A stretch of 64,000 bases of DNA from Octopus sinensis (Eukaryota), in contig NC_043016.1 of assembly GCF_006345805.1 (NCBI RefSeq), forward strand, positions 7,192,001-7,256,000, in the 5' to 3' direction. The notes under the pieces were generated by a model. That model did no database searches. It was given only the letters and a program-made list of their open reading frames with translations, and was not told the origin of the DNA. Numbering within the stretch: the first letter of the stretch is position 1; every line of letters starts with the position of its first letter. Below, one piece after another: positions 12,275 through 23,659 of the stretch. The translations under genes were made by a program, and so were the position numbers.

Positions 12275-12680
12275 ATATACATGTATGTGTGTGTGTGTGT
12301 GTGTGTGTTTGTCCCCCCCCCTAACATCGCTTGACAACTGATGGTTTGCACGCATCCTTCTGTGTATGTTGATATATATATGTACACTTTAATATAAATA
12401 TGTATTGCAGTGTAATATTTATAATAGGTTTTAATTTCTATGCTTTAATTATACTTTCTTCATTAACGTCAATATGTATTTCATTTAATGTAAGGTTTTT
12501 TCCTTGAATTTTATAATTTTTATAAGTTTTTATATATATATACATATATTTTTGACCTTTTTGTTTATCGCTCGAACATTGACTGTTTTTTCTAAAGGGC
12601 CAATCAAACAAGTCCATTTTTTTTAAAGGTGTAGCATTTGTAAGAGTCTAGATTGAATTGATATATCGGTTCCATTCTAG

Positions 12681-12730
12681 CAAAAACTGTCTGATGAACG
12701 GCAACGAGAAACTCAGAGTAACAGATTTTG
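12681..12730 (+). ncRNA. Minimal type-I hammerhead ribozyme motif (Penelope-like LTR type)
   Basis: caaaaactgt-CTGATGA-a cg gcaa cg a-GAAAC t cag a GTA-acagattttg. Stem I 9/10 bp, intact core, short stems II and III, GUA cleavage triplet at 12718-12720; followed by AATAAA and (TA)n. Confidence 0.7.
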
Positions 12731-12756
12731 TTGAATTTTCTGCTGCTTAAAATAAA

Positions 12757-12816
<60 letters not shown>

Positions 12817-12961
12817 ATATACAATGGGCTATAGTAGAAGACACTTGCTCAAGGTGCCACGTAGTGGGACTGAACCAGAACCATGTGGTTGGTAAGCAAG
12901 CTAGTTACCACACAGCTACTCCAAACAGCTGGTTGCAATGTTTCAGCAAAAGGGAGAATTA

Positions 12962-13059
12962 TAATTGTCACTAATTGTGACTAGGGTGTTAAAAAACACC
13001 AACATTGCTTATTTCTAGCAATGTAGGTGTTTCTTCACACCCTAGTCACATTTAACGGC

Positions 13060-13063
<4 letters not shown>
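12962..13063. repeat. Hairpin with about 48-bp arms and a 7-nt loop
   Basis: taattgtcactaattgtgactagggtg...cattgct tatttct agcaatg...caccctagtcacatttaacggcaatta. Confidence 0.85.
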
Positions 13064-13110
<47 letters not shown>

Positions 13111-14608
13111 TTGATACATACCCTCGTTTTCCTACCCTTCAGTTTAAAAATGTTGCCTTCTCATTAAAAGACAAACTTAAAATGTCACTGAAATTGCCAT
13201 AAAATAAATACGGGAAGGGCAATGTATTCTAAAGCTGTACATAAAGAAATTATAGCTGTTAGCAATAGCATATTAAAAAAAAAATATTTAATGCTGTGAC
13301 AGCTAATTTGAGTATCAAATGAAGATATAGCTAGAATGGCTACCTTAGTAAAGGGACATTTGAAAGTAATTTAGATTTAAATGAAATGTAATTAAGAAAT
13401 AAATTATAGATCTTATTACAATGTTATTCAAAGCAGGAAAGAGAAATACATGTGTAGATGCATTAATTACAATAACTAGAGTCGTTATCATTTTCTGCTA
13501 TCTCTGTGTCAAAATATGCCCCAACATGAAGTAGTTGACTCCATAGTTTGAACTTACGTTATTGGACATACCTCGCAGTAGTTTCATCAGCAATTCTCTT
13601 CCATGCTAGCTTAGGGAAGAATGTCTCAATTTTGGAGTTTTCCTTCTCTACTTTAATTGCTTTCACTGTAGCTAAAGGAGCTTAGTCTACTTACAATGAA
13701 TCTATTTAACCCCTACATGGGACCTGACAGGTCCCATGAATGGACCTGGGAGTAAGGGTAATTAAGGGGTGACTCCATGCTCCCCACATCTCCAGAACAG
13801 CCAGACTGGATCCTTAACACCGGATGCAGTTTAGTGTCAAACTCTGGACCAAAGTGCACCACTGATAATTGAGTTTGGGCTAATCATGGGCTCAGACTTG
13901 TATGTGAGGTCAAGAAGTTTGATTTTCATGTGCAGGGTGTTTAGGGTTTGAACACACACTGGGCAAGTGCCTTTTTATAGGGTCATGGGTAGACAATGTC
14001 TTGTAAATGAATTTAGAGGATAAGAATTGATGGAAACCTGTTGGAGGGACACTTCCTGTACCATCAATGGTATCCACTCACAAATCTTTGGTTAATATGG
14101 GGCGTAGTAGAAGACACTTGCCCAGGTTGCCACACTGTGGGATTGAACCCAAAACATCCACTCATTGACTTAATATATTATATTCTACAACTAATTTATT
14201 AGCCCTGGGATTTCAGTTTGTATGGATGGTTTTCTTTAAGGTAAACTGTCTATACACACACACACACTGTAACTCTGAATGTGTCATTGTGATAGTGCTA
14301 ACATTTCACTGCTACCATGACAATCAATGTTATTTCTTCTTAAGCATAAGTTTGAAAGCTGAGTTGAGAGAAATGAGTTACCAATTAGATGAAATCTCCA
14401 AGCAGAGAGAAACGCTCAGCAGAAGGGCCCCTAAGAAGTTAAGGGCTGAACTTGCCTGGCAGGAGTATCTTCAATGGAGACCATCTGCTGTTCAGTTCTC
14501 TGGAGAGTTTCTTACCACTGTCTTTGCAAGAATGCTGGTTGAGGATCCAGCTTGTATATATTACTCTCCTTTTATCTGGTATCTATACATATGTATAGAG
14601 ATTATAGA

Positions 14609-14755
14609 TGTTTGGCGTTAGGAAGGGCATCCAGCTGTAGAAACACTGCCAGATCAGACTGGGCCTGGTGCAGCCTCCTGGCTTCCCAGACCCCAGTTGA
14701 ACCGTCCAACCCATGCTAGCACGGAAAGCAGACATTAAACGATGATGATGATGAT
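14609..14755 (+). mobile_element. Short family C copy
   Basis: ttggcgttaggaagggcatccagctg...aaacgatgatgatg. Confidence 0.75.
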
Positions 14756-14879
14756 GTATATCTATATGTACATGGCTCAAAGACATGCAAACATTTTTAG
14801 TAAGTCTTTGAACCATATCTACAATCTGAGGATCAATTCCTTCTTATCTCCTTCCCATTTTCTACTTAGTCTTAGTTCC

Positions 14880-15130
14880 TTCTGCTCCTAATATAACATT
14901 GGGCGATGAGTTTCCTCCACCTAGTGCAATCTACTGCAGCTGTTTTTTGCATCAGTCCAGGTCAGTAACAGTTCTTGTAGGTCCTCATGGGGAGTACTGT
15001 GCCAGTTTTTGGGTGGTCTTCCTCTGCCTCGTTTGCCCCCAGCCAGTGTCAATGCTGTGTGTGGGCCGCCTGTGTTCCAGTATCCATATTGTATGTCTGA
15101 TGAATTGCAATCTCCCATTTGGCATGGAGG
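14880..15130 (-). mobile_element. RTE-like LINE C-terminal remnant
   Basis: PHTALTLAGGKRGRGRPPKNW..T..EDL motif (G.R.RGRP...W). Confidence 0.65.
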
Positions 15131-16844
15131 CCCCTAAAGAGGACGTGAGTGCTCTTCTTTCTTCTCCTGCTAGCCAATAAAAGAGAGAAAACACTAAGAA
15201 ATAGGAAGGCAGCAAACTGGCAGAAACGTTAGCACACCGGGCGAAATGCATAGCCATATTTTGTCTGCCGCTACGTTCTGAGTTCAAATTCCGCCGAGGT
15301 TGACTTTGCCTTTCATCCTTTTGGGGTCGAGTAAATAAGTACCAGTTACGCACTGAGGTCGATGTAATCAACTTAATCCATTTATCTGTCCTTGTTTGTC
15401 ATCTCTGTGTTTAGCCCCTTGTAGGTAGTAAAGAAATAGGATGATGAAGTACTCAGCAATAGCAATCTCTACTTATACTCCATATTTGAGACCGACATAT
15501 AAGTAAAGAAATCGATCTTCTTCTCTTAATTTTATCAGCATTTAATGTCCATCTTTCCATACTATCATGAGTCAGATGGAATTTGTTGAGGCATATTTTC
15601 TACTGCTAGATGCCTTTCCTGTTACTAAGCCTCACATGTTTCTCTTAAGGTAATGTTTCCCTATGTCTTGATGTGTGTTTTAGAAAAGCCCCCTGGAAAC
15701 AATATAATCAATAAAGAAAACAGCTGCTTCATTATAATTTCTACAGACTTTCACAATCCTAACCCTGACCGATATGTTGAGCAGCATCATGATGGCTGCT
15801 TTGATGAATATGAAAGATACAGTAATTGAGACAGACAGATAATTGATTAGTAATAATTAGAATTCATTAGTAATTTATCTTCTTTTCTTCAGTGAAGGAT
15901 ATGCCATTCTATGTAATTTGCAACTTCAAGATAAACCTTAGAAAGGATTCAAAGACAGAAGACCAACTAGTGATGAATGAGTTCTTTGGTGACTCTAAGA
16001 TTAAGCTAAAATACATAACTTCCATGAAATGCCACACAATTCTTGTAATGAGAAAGGTGACAGAGGAGGAAGAGACAGAAGAACTAAAGGACTAGAACAT
16101 AGAGGACCAGATCAATGAATGGAATAAGATTGTATTTCTAATTAGATGAAGGCTGACATTGTGGTGTGGAGAATAAATAAAACCATAAAAGTTAACAGAT
16201 AGACCTGGGTTTGGAAGTGTGTATATGTGTGTGTATGTGTATCTGTGTGTGTGTACGTGTGTGTGGGGGGGTCTTAGCTTGGTGATAATTAATTGTTAAA
16301 ATGAGCATCACTAGGGCAGCAAGCTGGCAGAAATGCTAGCACACTGGGTGAAATGCTTAGCAGTATTTCATCTATCGTTACATTCTGAGTTCAAATTCCA
16401 CCAAGATTGACTTTGCCTTTCATCCTTTGGGGGTAAGTCGATCTAATCGACTGGGCTCTTCCCAAAATTTCAGGTCTTGTGCCTAGAGTAGAAAAGAAAA
16501 TGTGCATCACTCTCAGGTCTGACCATGGGGGAAATATTACCTTGCTTGGAAATATGCAGAAGGACATACAGCTATATGAAAATCTATCTCAACAAATTCC
16601 ATTTTCCCATGAAAGCATGGGAAAAAAGGTGTCAAAACACCAATGATGTTTATGATATAAGCACACATGCATAATGTGTTTTCACACTATTTCTATCTTC
16701 CAGATTTCATGTACAAGATATTGGTCATCCTTTGATTGCTTTGATTACAAGTTTTAAGATTGTTGTCTTTTAATTTTCTTGTTGATTTTGATGAAAGTTT
16801 CCAACATGTTATTGTATGAATGTTTTCTTTCTTTTTCATTCCAG

Positions 16845-17022
16845 AGCCAATTGCTCAAAATCGCAAAACTGTGGTCTGTCCATTTATTGATGTAATTGAT
16901 TATGAGACATTTTCTTATCGAGCACAAGATGAAGGTGCTCGTGGTGCCTTTGACTGGGAATTATTCTACAAGAGGCTACCTCTTCTGCCAAATGACTTAT
17001 TACATCCAGCCGAACCTTTCAA
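16845..17022 (+). CDS. GALNT10: Polypeptide GalNAc-transferase (GALNT10-like), first exon seen in window; catalytic GT-A domain
   Basis: Polypyrimidine tract + ccag acceptor, aa|gtaagg donor. Encodes (E)[58 protein letters not shown](K). The split AA|G codon joins the next exon in frame. Confidence 0.95.
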
Positions 17023-17389
17023 GTAAGGAAGTCTGACATTATTTTTATATATTCTTGTATTTTTAAAAAAATAGTTGTTATTTTATCTTCATTCTTCTTG
17101 AATTGCAAGAAACTATTTTGCTGGTGCTTGTGGTATGACATTCTTCTGTAATAGCTAAGTTGACACATCAGGGAGGCAGAATCAAATGTTGGAAGCCAGT
17201 AAAACACCCATCAGTTTTACACTGCTGCCACTGCTGTCAGCAGTGGATTAATTGCCCCATCTTTGGCTAAACCTAGATGGATGGACGTAACTTTGGTGCA
17301 TTCAAACAGGTAACATCCATGATACTTGCTTGGATCTAAATGGACTTGGCTGTTGTGAATTATACTATTTGTGGTATGCTTTTACATAA

Positions 17390-17612
17390 GGCGGTGAGCT
17401 GGCAGAATCGTTAGCGAAATGCTCAGCAGTATTTCATCTGCCATTACGTTCTGAGTTCAAATTCCGCCAAGGCAGATTTTGCCTTTCATCCTTTCAGGGT
17501 CGATTAAATAAGTACCAGTTACACACTGGGGTCGATATAATTGACTTAATCCGTTTGTCTGTCCTTGTTTGTCCTCTCTGTGTTTAGCCCCTTGTGGTTA
17601 GTAAAGAAATAG
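17390..17612 (+). mobile_element. Family B tRNA-derived SINE with Deu/Nin-like domain (other copies ~15207, 16316, 27798, 28627, 36068, 39186, 58151, 61181 on +; ~27066, 48558 on -)
   Basis: ggcgagctggcagaa head, gagttcaaattcc B box, and family consensus gtcgactttgcctttcatcctttcggggtcgataaa..agtacc resembling the Deu/Nin SINE domain. Confidence 0.8.
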
Positions 17613-17939
17613 GTATACTTTTACATGGCGAGGTCCTAGGGGACTAAGCTGTTGTGAATTTATCATTTGTATTACCTGCTTGTAACTAGGATCCAGGTGA
17701 GTTTGGCAATTGTGATCTATGTATTTCTTAGAAACATCTATTGAAATTTAGAAACGACTATTGTAATAACACCCAATAAATGGTCTCCACTTAATTTGCA
17801 TACTCTGAGTATCAATGGAACTTCCAAAGAATCAAATATCTGCTGAAACTACCACTACCGATTGCTTTTACAGAAAATAGATTTAAGATTGTGTGTTTTA
17901 GCTCAATACCTGGACTGGTTATTCTTCAGCCATAATTTA

Positions 17940-18179
17940 CGTGCCTGTCGCACGTAAAAAGCACCAATCCGATCGTGGCCATTGCCAGCCTCCCCTGGCA
18001 TGTAAAAAGCACCCACTACACTCACAGAGTGGTTGGCGTTAGGAAGGGCATCCAGCTGTAGAAACACTGCCAGATCAGACTGGAGCCTGGTGCAGCCTCC
18101 TGGCTTCCCAGATACCGGTCGAACCATCCAACCCATGCTAGCATGGAAAATGGACGTTAAACGATGATGATGATGATGT
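17940..18179 (+). mobile_element. Family C copy flanked by a 131-bp direct duplication
   Basis: Family consensus with (GAT)n tail; flanks 17809-17939 and 18180-18310 are direct repeats. Confidence 0.85.
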
Positions 18180-18379
18180 GTATCAGTGGAACTTCTAAAG
18201 AATCAAATATCTGCTGAAACTATCACTACCGATTGCTTTTACAGAAAATAAATTTAAGATTGTGTGTTTTAGCTCAATACCTGGACTGGTAATTTTTCGG
18301 CCACAATTTAAATATAACTAATTTACTGATTCCTATGTTGTTTAGATTGCTTTGCAAAGAAATAAAACAAAAACAGTTA

Positions 18380-19320
18380 AGATTATTTTTACAGAGTGGT
18401 TTGGGTGGTGGTGGGGGTCTTTAGAAGTAATAGATAGCTATTGTTACCTAGACTACGAAGTTAGCTGTGAAGGAAGAAGTTCTGAAAGCATAGTTGCTAG
18501 GATAAGAACAGGCTGGGCAAAGTTCAGAGAACTACTACTTTTATTGGGAACTAAGGGGCTCTTGCTAAGAGTGAAAGGCAGATTGTATTATGCCTGTGTA
18601 CAAAAAGCTATGCTACATGACTGTGAAACATGGGCTTTGACTACAGAGGACTTGTGAAGACTTGAAAGACATTGTATTGTTCGCTGGATGTTCTATATCA
18701 GTGTACTTGTACTGCAGTGTGTAAGTGTCTTAAGAGGATAAGAGGCATCAGATGTAGTGTGCAAGAGAAAAGACTGTGCTGGTAAGGTCATGCGATGTGT
18801 ATGGACAAGGACAGCTGTGCGAACAAGTGTGGATCTCTAATTGTTGAGGGAACCTGTGGAAGGGGTAGACCCAAGAAGATGTGGGATGAAGTGATGAGAA
18901 AGAATCTTCACACACTTGGCCTCACTGAGAAGATGACAAGGGACTGGGGCTTTTGGTATTTTGCTGTACATAAAGAAAACATAATAAGCTAAGTAAAATC
19001 ATGGCCATCTATACATACAGGTATGACTTTTACAGCCATGCCCCCCACTCCTTCTCCCAGCTGAAATACCTTTGTCTTGTAGGTGCTGGTGCTACATAAA
19101 ACACACTCATAGCAGTGCTATATAAAACATACCTGTGCCAGTGGCACTTGCAAAGCACCCAATGCACTCTGCAAAGTGGTTGGCATTAGGAAGGGCACCC
19201 AACCATAGAAACCATGCTAAAGCAGATTACTGGAACCTGGACAGCTCTCCTGCTGTCAGACTGTCCAGCCCATGCCAGCATGGAAAAGGATGTTATACAA
19301 CAACAACTATGATGATGATG
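18380..19320 (+). mobile_element. RTE-clade LINE 3' fragment (ORF end + 3' UTR + (GAT)n tail)
   Basis: Encodes LEVIDSYCYL...ARIRTGWAKFREL...KGRLYYACV..AMLH.CETW and GRGRPKKMWDEV, followed by the ggttggcattaggaagggca...cccatgccagcatggaaa...gatgatg tail. Confidence 0.85.
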
Positions 19321-20549
19321 TGAAACCTCATCTGGAATTTGTGTTCTTGAAAGTATAAATAGTGAAGAGAAGTCCTGATAACTCCCTACAATTGCCTGCT
19401 GATAATATTTTTGCTTCTCAGAGAACATCTTAACATATTAACAATTGCTTTTACCCTTTTTATGCATGGAAGATAAACCTTAGATCTTTACATTTTGAGT
19501 TCAAATTTTGACAGGTAGGGTTATAAGTAAATACCTGGTGATATTTAATTACACAACCTTTACCTTCTGATTTCAAATAACATAGTGGTCCATATTTACA
19601 TTGCATCCTTCTGGAGGAAATGGGTGGAGTGTTGATAAAATAAAATGCCTGTTAGTTATTGGGGACTTTGATTTAATACTATTCTAGTTGTGAATGGCTG
19701 CATCTAGGAAAGTGATGACAAAAAGGAGGAGCAGGAAAAGGAGAAGAAGAAAAAGAAGTAGAAGAGGGGTAGAAGGAAAGGAAAAAGAAAAAATGAGGAA
19801 GAAGAAGAAGGAGGAGGGGAGGAGGAGAAGAAGAAGAAGATAATGGTGATGATGATCTGAATTGAGTGGTTCTCATCCTAACAAGTTTCTGTTCTTACCT
19901 CACCACCATCACTTTAATTAAAGTACTAGAAATTTTTTTTCCTTTTTACTTCTCTTCCATCTTTACTAATTTTATTGACTATGGGTACAGGGGCTAAAAT
20001 TTTGATGTGTGGGGCTAGTTGATGACATTGTCCCAGTGCCTAACTGATACCCATTTTACAAAGTCAGCTTCCATGAATTTGATGTCAGAATTTTCTAAGA
20101 GGCAGAAAAAAATGTCACTAATCATTGTGTCTGTTGTGATAACATTTCTGCCAGTTAACCACTTTGTTCATGAGAAAACAAAATGGAAGTTGCTTTCATG
20201 TAATTCTATCTTTTGCCATTGTGACGGACAAGTTTAAACAATTACTTGTAGGTTAAGTGGCTAAAGATGGTGCATCATCATCATCACCTCAAAATAATTC
20301 TGTTGCATAGATTTCACCTCAATATTTGTTATGGCTTCTGCATTCACTTCCCTTGTGATTAGATTTCCTTAGTCTAATGACAAAGGAAGTAATTAATTAA
20401 GAAGATAAAGAGATGTCAACGTTTTAACATGAACCACTACTCACTTCCACTATGCTAACTTGTTGAAAGTTAAGAGCATCTTATAGGTTTTGTACTGTTT
20501 TGGTCTTCACCATTTCTCCCATGGATGGTTGCTTGTCTGGCCATGAATG

Positions 20550-20802
20550 CTGTACGGATCTTCTTTACATATTTTGGTCATATTATGCGGAGAAAATCCC
20601 TGGAGAAGGATTTCATGCTTGGAATGGTCAGTGGGAAGAGAGGAAAAGGCCGACCAAGAACCTGCTGGCTTGATGCCATCAAGAGTGACATGGGAATGGA
20701 CATAGCCAATCTGAAAGAAGCGGCCCAGGATAAAACTGACTGGAAGACACTGATCCATCGAGTAACCGAGAGTTGACTTTAACTGAGTGGATAGATAGAT
20801 AG
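20550..20802 (+). mobile_element. RTE-BovB-like LINE 3' end
   Basis: YFGHIMRRKSLEKDFMLGMVSGKRGKGRPRTCWLDAIK...AAQDKTDWKTLIHRVTES, then a short tail and (GATA)n. Confidence 0.85.
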
Positions 20803-20852
20803 TTCTTATTTTAACGAAAGTTCAAAAATATAGATTGGTATCTACTACAACT

Positions 20853-21646
20853 CTCTCTCTTTTACTCTTTTACTTGTTTCAGTCATTTGACTGCGGCCAT
20901 GCTGGAGCACCACCTTTAGTCGAGCAAATCGACCCCGGGACTTATTCTTTGTAAGCCCAGTACTTATTCTATCGGTCTCTTTTTGCTGAACTGCTAAGTG
21001 ACGGGGACGTAAACACACCAGCATCGGTTGCCAAGCGATGGTGGGGGGACAAACACAGACACACAAACATATACACACACATACACATATATATATACAT
21101 ATATACGACGGGCTTCTTTCAGTTCCCGTCTACCAAATCCACTCACAAGGCTTTGGTCGGCCCAAGGCTATAGCAGAAGACACTTGCCCAAGGTGCCACG
21201 CAGTGGGACTGAACCCGGAACCATGTGGTTGGTAAACAAGCTACTTACCACACAGCCACTCCTGCGCCTATTGTTGATTATAAATAATAAAATTCAATAA
21301 AATGTCAACTGACTGCTAAAATAAACAGGAATATAAATGTATATTATTAATTCTTGAGCTGAGCATAAATACATTTGCAATATTTATAGTTTAATTCTTT
21401 GTGTCTTGCTCTTTTTACTCAACTCTTTTACTTCTTTCAGTCATTTGACTGTGGCCATGCTGGAGCACCGCCTTTAGTCGAGCAAATCGACCCCAGGACT
21501 TATTCTTTGTAAGCCTAGTACTTATTCTATCGGTCTCTTTTGCCGAACCGCTAAGTTACGGGGACGTTAACACACCAGCATCGGTTGTCAAGCGATGTTG
21601 GGGGTGTGGGGCACAAACACAGACACATAAGCATATACACACACAC

Positions 21647-21677
<31 letters not shown>

Positions 21678-21896
21678 ATATATATATATATATAGATATA
21701 TATATATATATAATATATATACATATATTTATACGACGGGCTTCTTTCAGTTTCCGCCTACCAAATCCACTCACAAGGCTTGGTTGGCCTGAGGCTGTAG
21801 TAGAAGACACTTGTCCAAGGTGCCATGCAGTGGGACTGAACCCGGAACCATGTGATTGGTAAGCAAGCTACTTACCACACAGCCACTCCTGCGCCT
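20853..21896 (-). mobile_element. Two tandem family A SINEs (20853-21270, 21408-21896)
   Basis: Full-length consensus matches in the same orientation. Confidence 0.85.
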
Positions 21897-21989
21897 TCAT
21901 AACAAATAATGGAAATTATATTTGGTTTCCAGTTTTTGTATAAAATAAGAGAAATCTTTCCAATCCTTTGATCAGCTAGCATTAGCTGA

Positions 21990-22940
21990 AGATTTTTTGT
22001 TTCACTTACTTAGTCTGAAGGAAGGGACATTCTGATGAGATTGATGCTGTTTATGTCTTGTTTTTAAGTTCTTGCGAGTTGACACCTGCTGGAAAAGACG
22101 TGAGCAGCAGGAAGATCCAAGAAGGCCAATATTCCAGGAAGAAAGAACTTGGGTTAGTGATAGTACAAGACTTAGAGATTGGACAGTGAAAGTTGGAGAG
22201 ACAAGAGAGTTAGGAATTCATGGGTGAACGAGGCACAATAAAAGCTAGATCTGAGGAATGGAGAGCATTAGGACTTTATAGTGGTGATGAAAAAAGTGCA
22301 TATGTTTAAATGATTTTATTCCAGTCAGTGAAATGGGCCATCTCTGGATATGGTCAAAGATGTTTGTATCTGTTGTAGCATCACTATCCCAGAGGTTGGT
22401 TTGCTTTGAGCTTTACCAAGTCATTAATTATAAAGAGGCTGAAATATTTTCTGGCCCTGAAGAGAAGGGCAAATCTTAAGGACATGGTTCTAACTCTCCA
22501 ACAGATGTGTGATTTCTCCATCAGAGATACTTAGTGACTGTGAGAGCTAACATTTGGAGTACTGTAAACCTCAGTACAACTCCTGTTTAAGGAGGATATG
22601 ATGTGATGGTGTTTCTTGATGTGAGTTATAATTGGGGTTTATTTGCTATTGAAAAAGACAATTGTTTTGGTGCAACAACAACAAGGAAAAAACTTTTAGT
22701 ACACTCTGTAAAGAGGTTGGTGATAGAAGGGCAACCAGCTATAGATACAACTAAACATGTGTGAGCATCAGTCTACGGAAGCAGCAGTTCCCATTATGAG
22801 ATTACTCAGGCATTGGCAACCAGTCCAACCTTAGCCCCGCATGGTAAACTGGGATAGAAATGTAGATGTTCATTATAATAGAATGCTTGATAAAACTCCT
22901 TCGGCACATGCTTAAATGATCTAAGAAATGAGAGATGGAT
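21990..22940 (-). mobile_element. Probable continuation (3' part) of the same decayed LINE
   Basis: Weak remnants resembling SSFF...W.LP..VFP...N...K..IN; heavily mutated. Confidence 0.4.
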
Positions 22941-22944
22941 ACTC

Positions 22945-23365
22945 TTTTTTTTTTTTTTTTTACTTGTTTCAGTCATTTGACTGCTGCCATGCTGGAGCAT
23001 TGCCTTTAATCGAGCAACTCGACCCTGGGACTTATTCTTTTGTAAGCCCAGTACTTATTCTATCGGTCTCTTTTGCCAAACCACTAAGTAACGGGGACAT
23101 AAACACACCAGCATCGGTTGTCAAGCAATGCTAGGAGGACAAACACAGACACACAAACATATACACACACATATATATATATATATATATATGCATATAT
23201 ATGACAGGCTTCTTTCAGTTTCCGTCTACCAAATCCACTCACAAGGCATTAGTCGGCCTGAGGCTATAGTAGAAGACGCTTGCCCAAGGTGCCACGCAGT
23301 GGGACTGAACCCGGAACCATGTGGTTGGTAAGCAAGGTACTTACCACACAGCCACTCCTGCACCT
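22945..23365 (-). mobile_element. Family A SINE directly abutting the 7SL 3' end
   Basis: Full-length; A-rich tail at ~22945-22960 on the minus strand. Confidence 0.85.
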
Positions 23366-23646
23366 AAAAAATTAGATTGGCGTTCAGTTGTATCAAACAG
23401 GCTGCCAGCCGGCGGCTATTCACAAGCACGATCCCACTACTGCTACGTTTCGGCCCTGGGCTGAAGCGACCCTCCTTAGACAACCTGGTCCTGATGAGCT
23501 CCCTCTCCAGCACCATATTGATGCTGAGCTTAGCGCGGACACCCGATCGCCATAGAAGATCGACTACCAGGACTCCCATCCTCAAACCAGCCAACCAACT
23601 AAGCCTCCGAGTAGCTGGATTACAGGAGCATGCCACAACTCCCAGC
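23366..23646 (-). ncRNA. 7SL: 7SL (SRP) RNA copy with an internal deletion, probably a pseudogene
   Basis: Minus strand reads GCTGGGAGTTGTGGCATGCTCCTGTAATCCAGCTACTCGGAGGCT...CGATCGGGTGTCCGCGCTAAGCTCAGCATCAATATGGTG...CCAGGTTGTCTAAGGAGGG...CCGAAACGTAGCAG/TAGTGGGATCGTGCTTGTGAATAGCC...TTTTTT, colinear with metazoan 7SL and ending in a T6 Pol III-type terminator. Confidence 0.92.
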
Positions 23647-23659
23647 GGCATGCCACAAC

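Noticed and set aside
14226-14621. 131 aa ORF with protein-like middle (AELREMSYQLDEISKQ...)
   Set aside because: No recognisable domain, does not match expected GALNT exons, no clear donor site, and ends in a repeat.
15892-16095. ORF following a good polypyrimidine-CAG acceptor
   Set aside because: Translation does not resemble the expected preceding GALNT exon (DSH...WLPPLL); no supporting donor.
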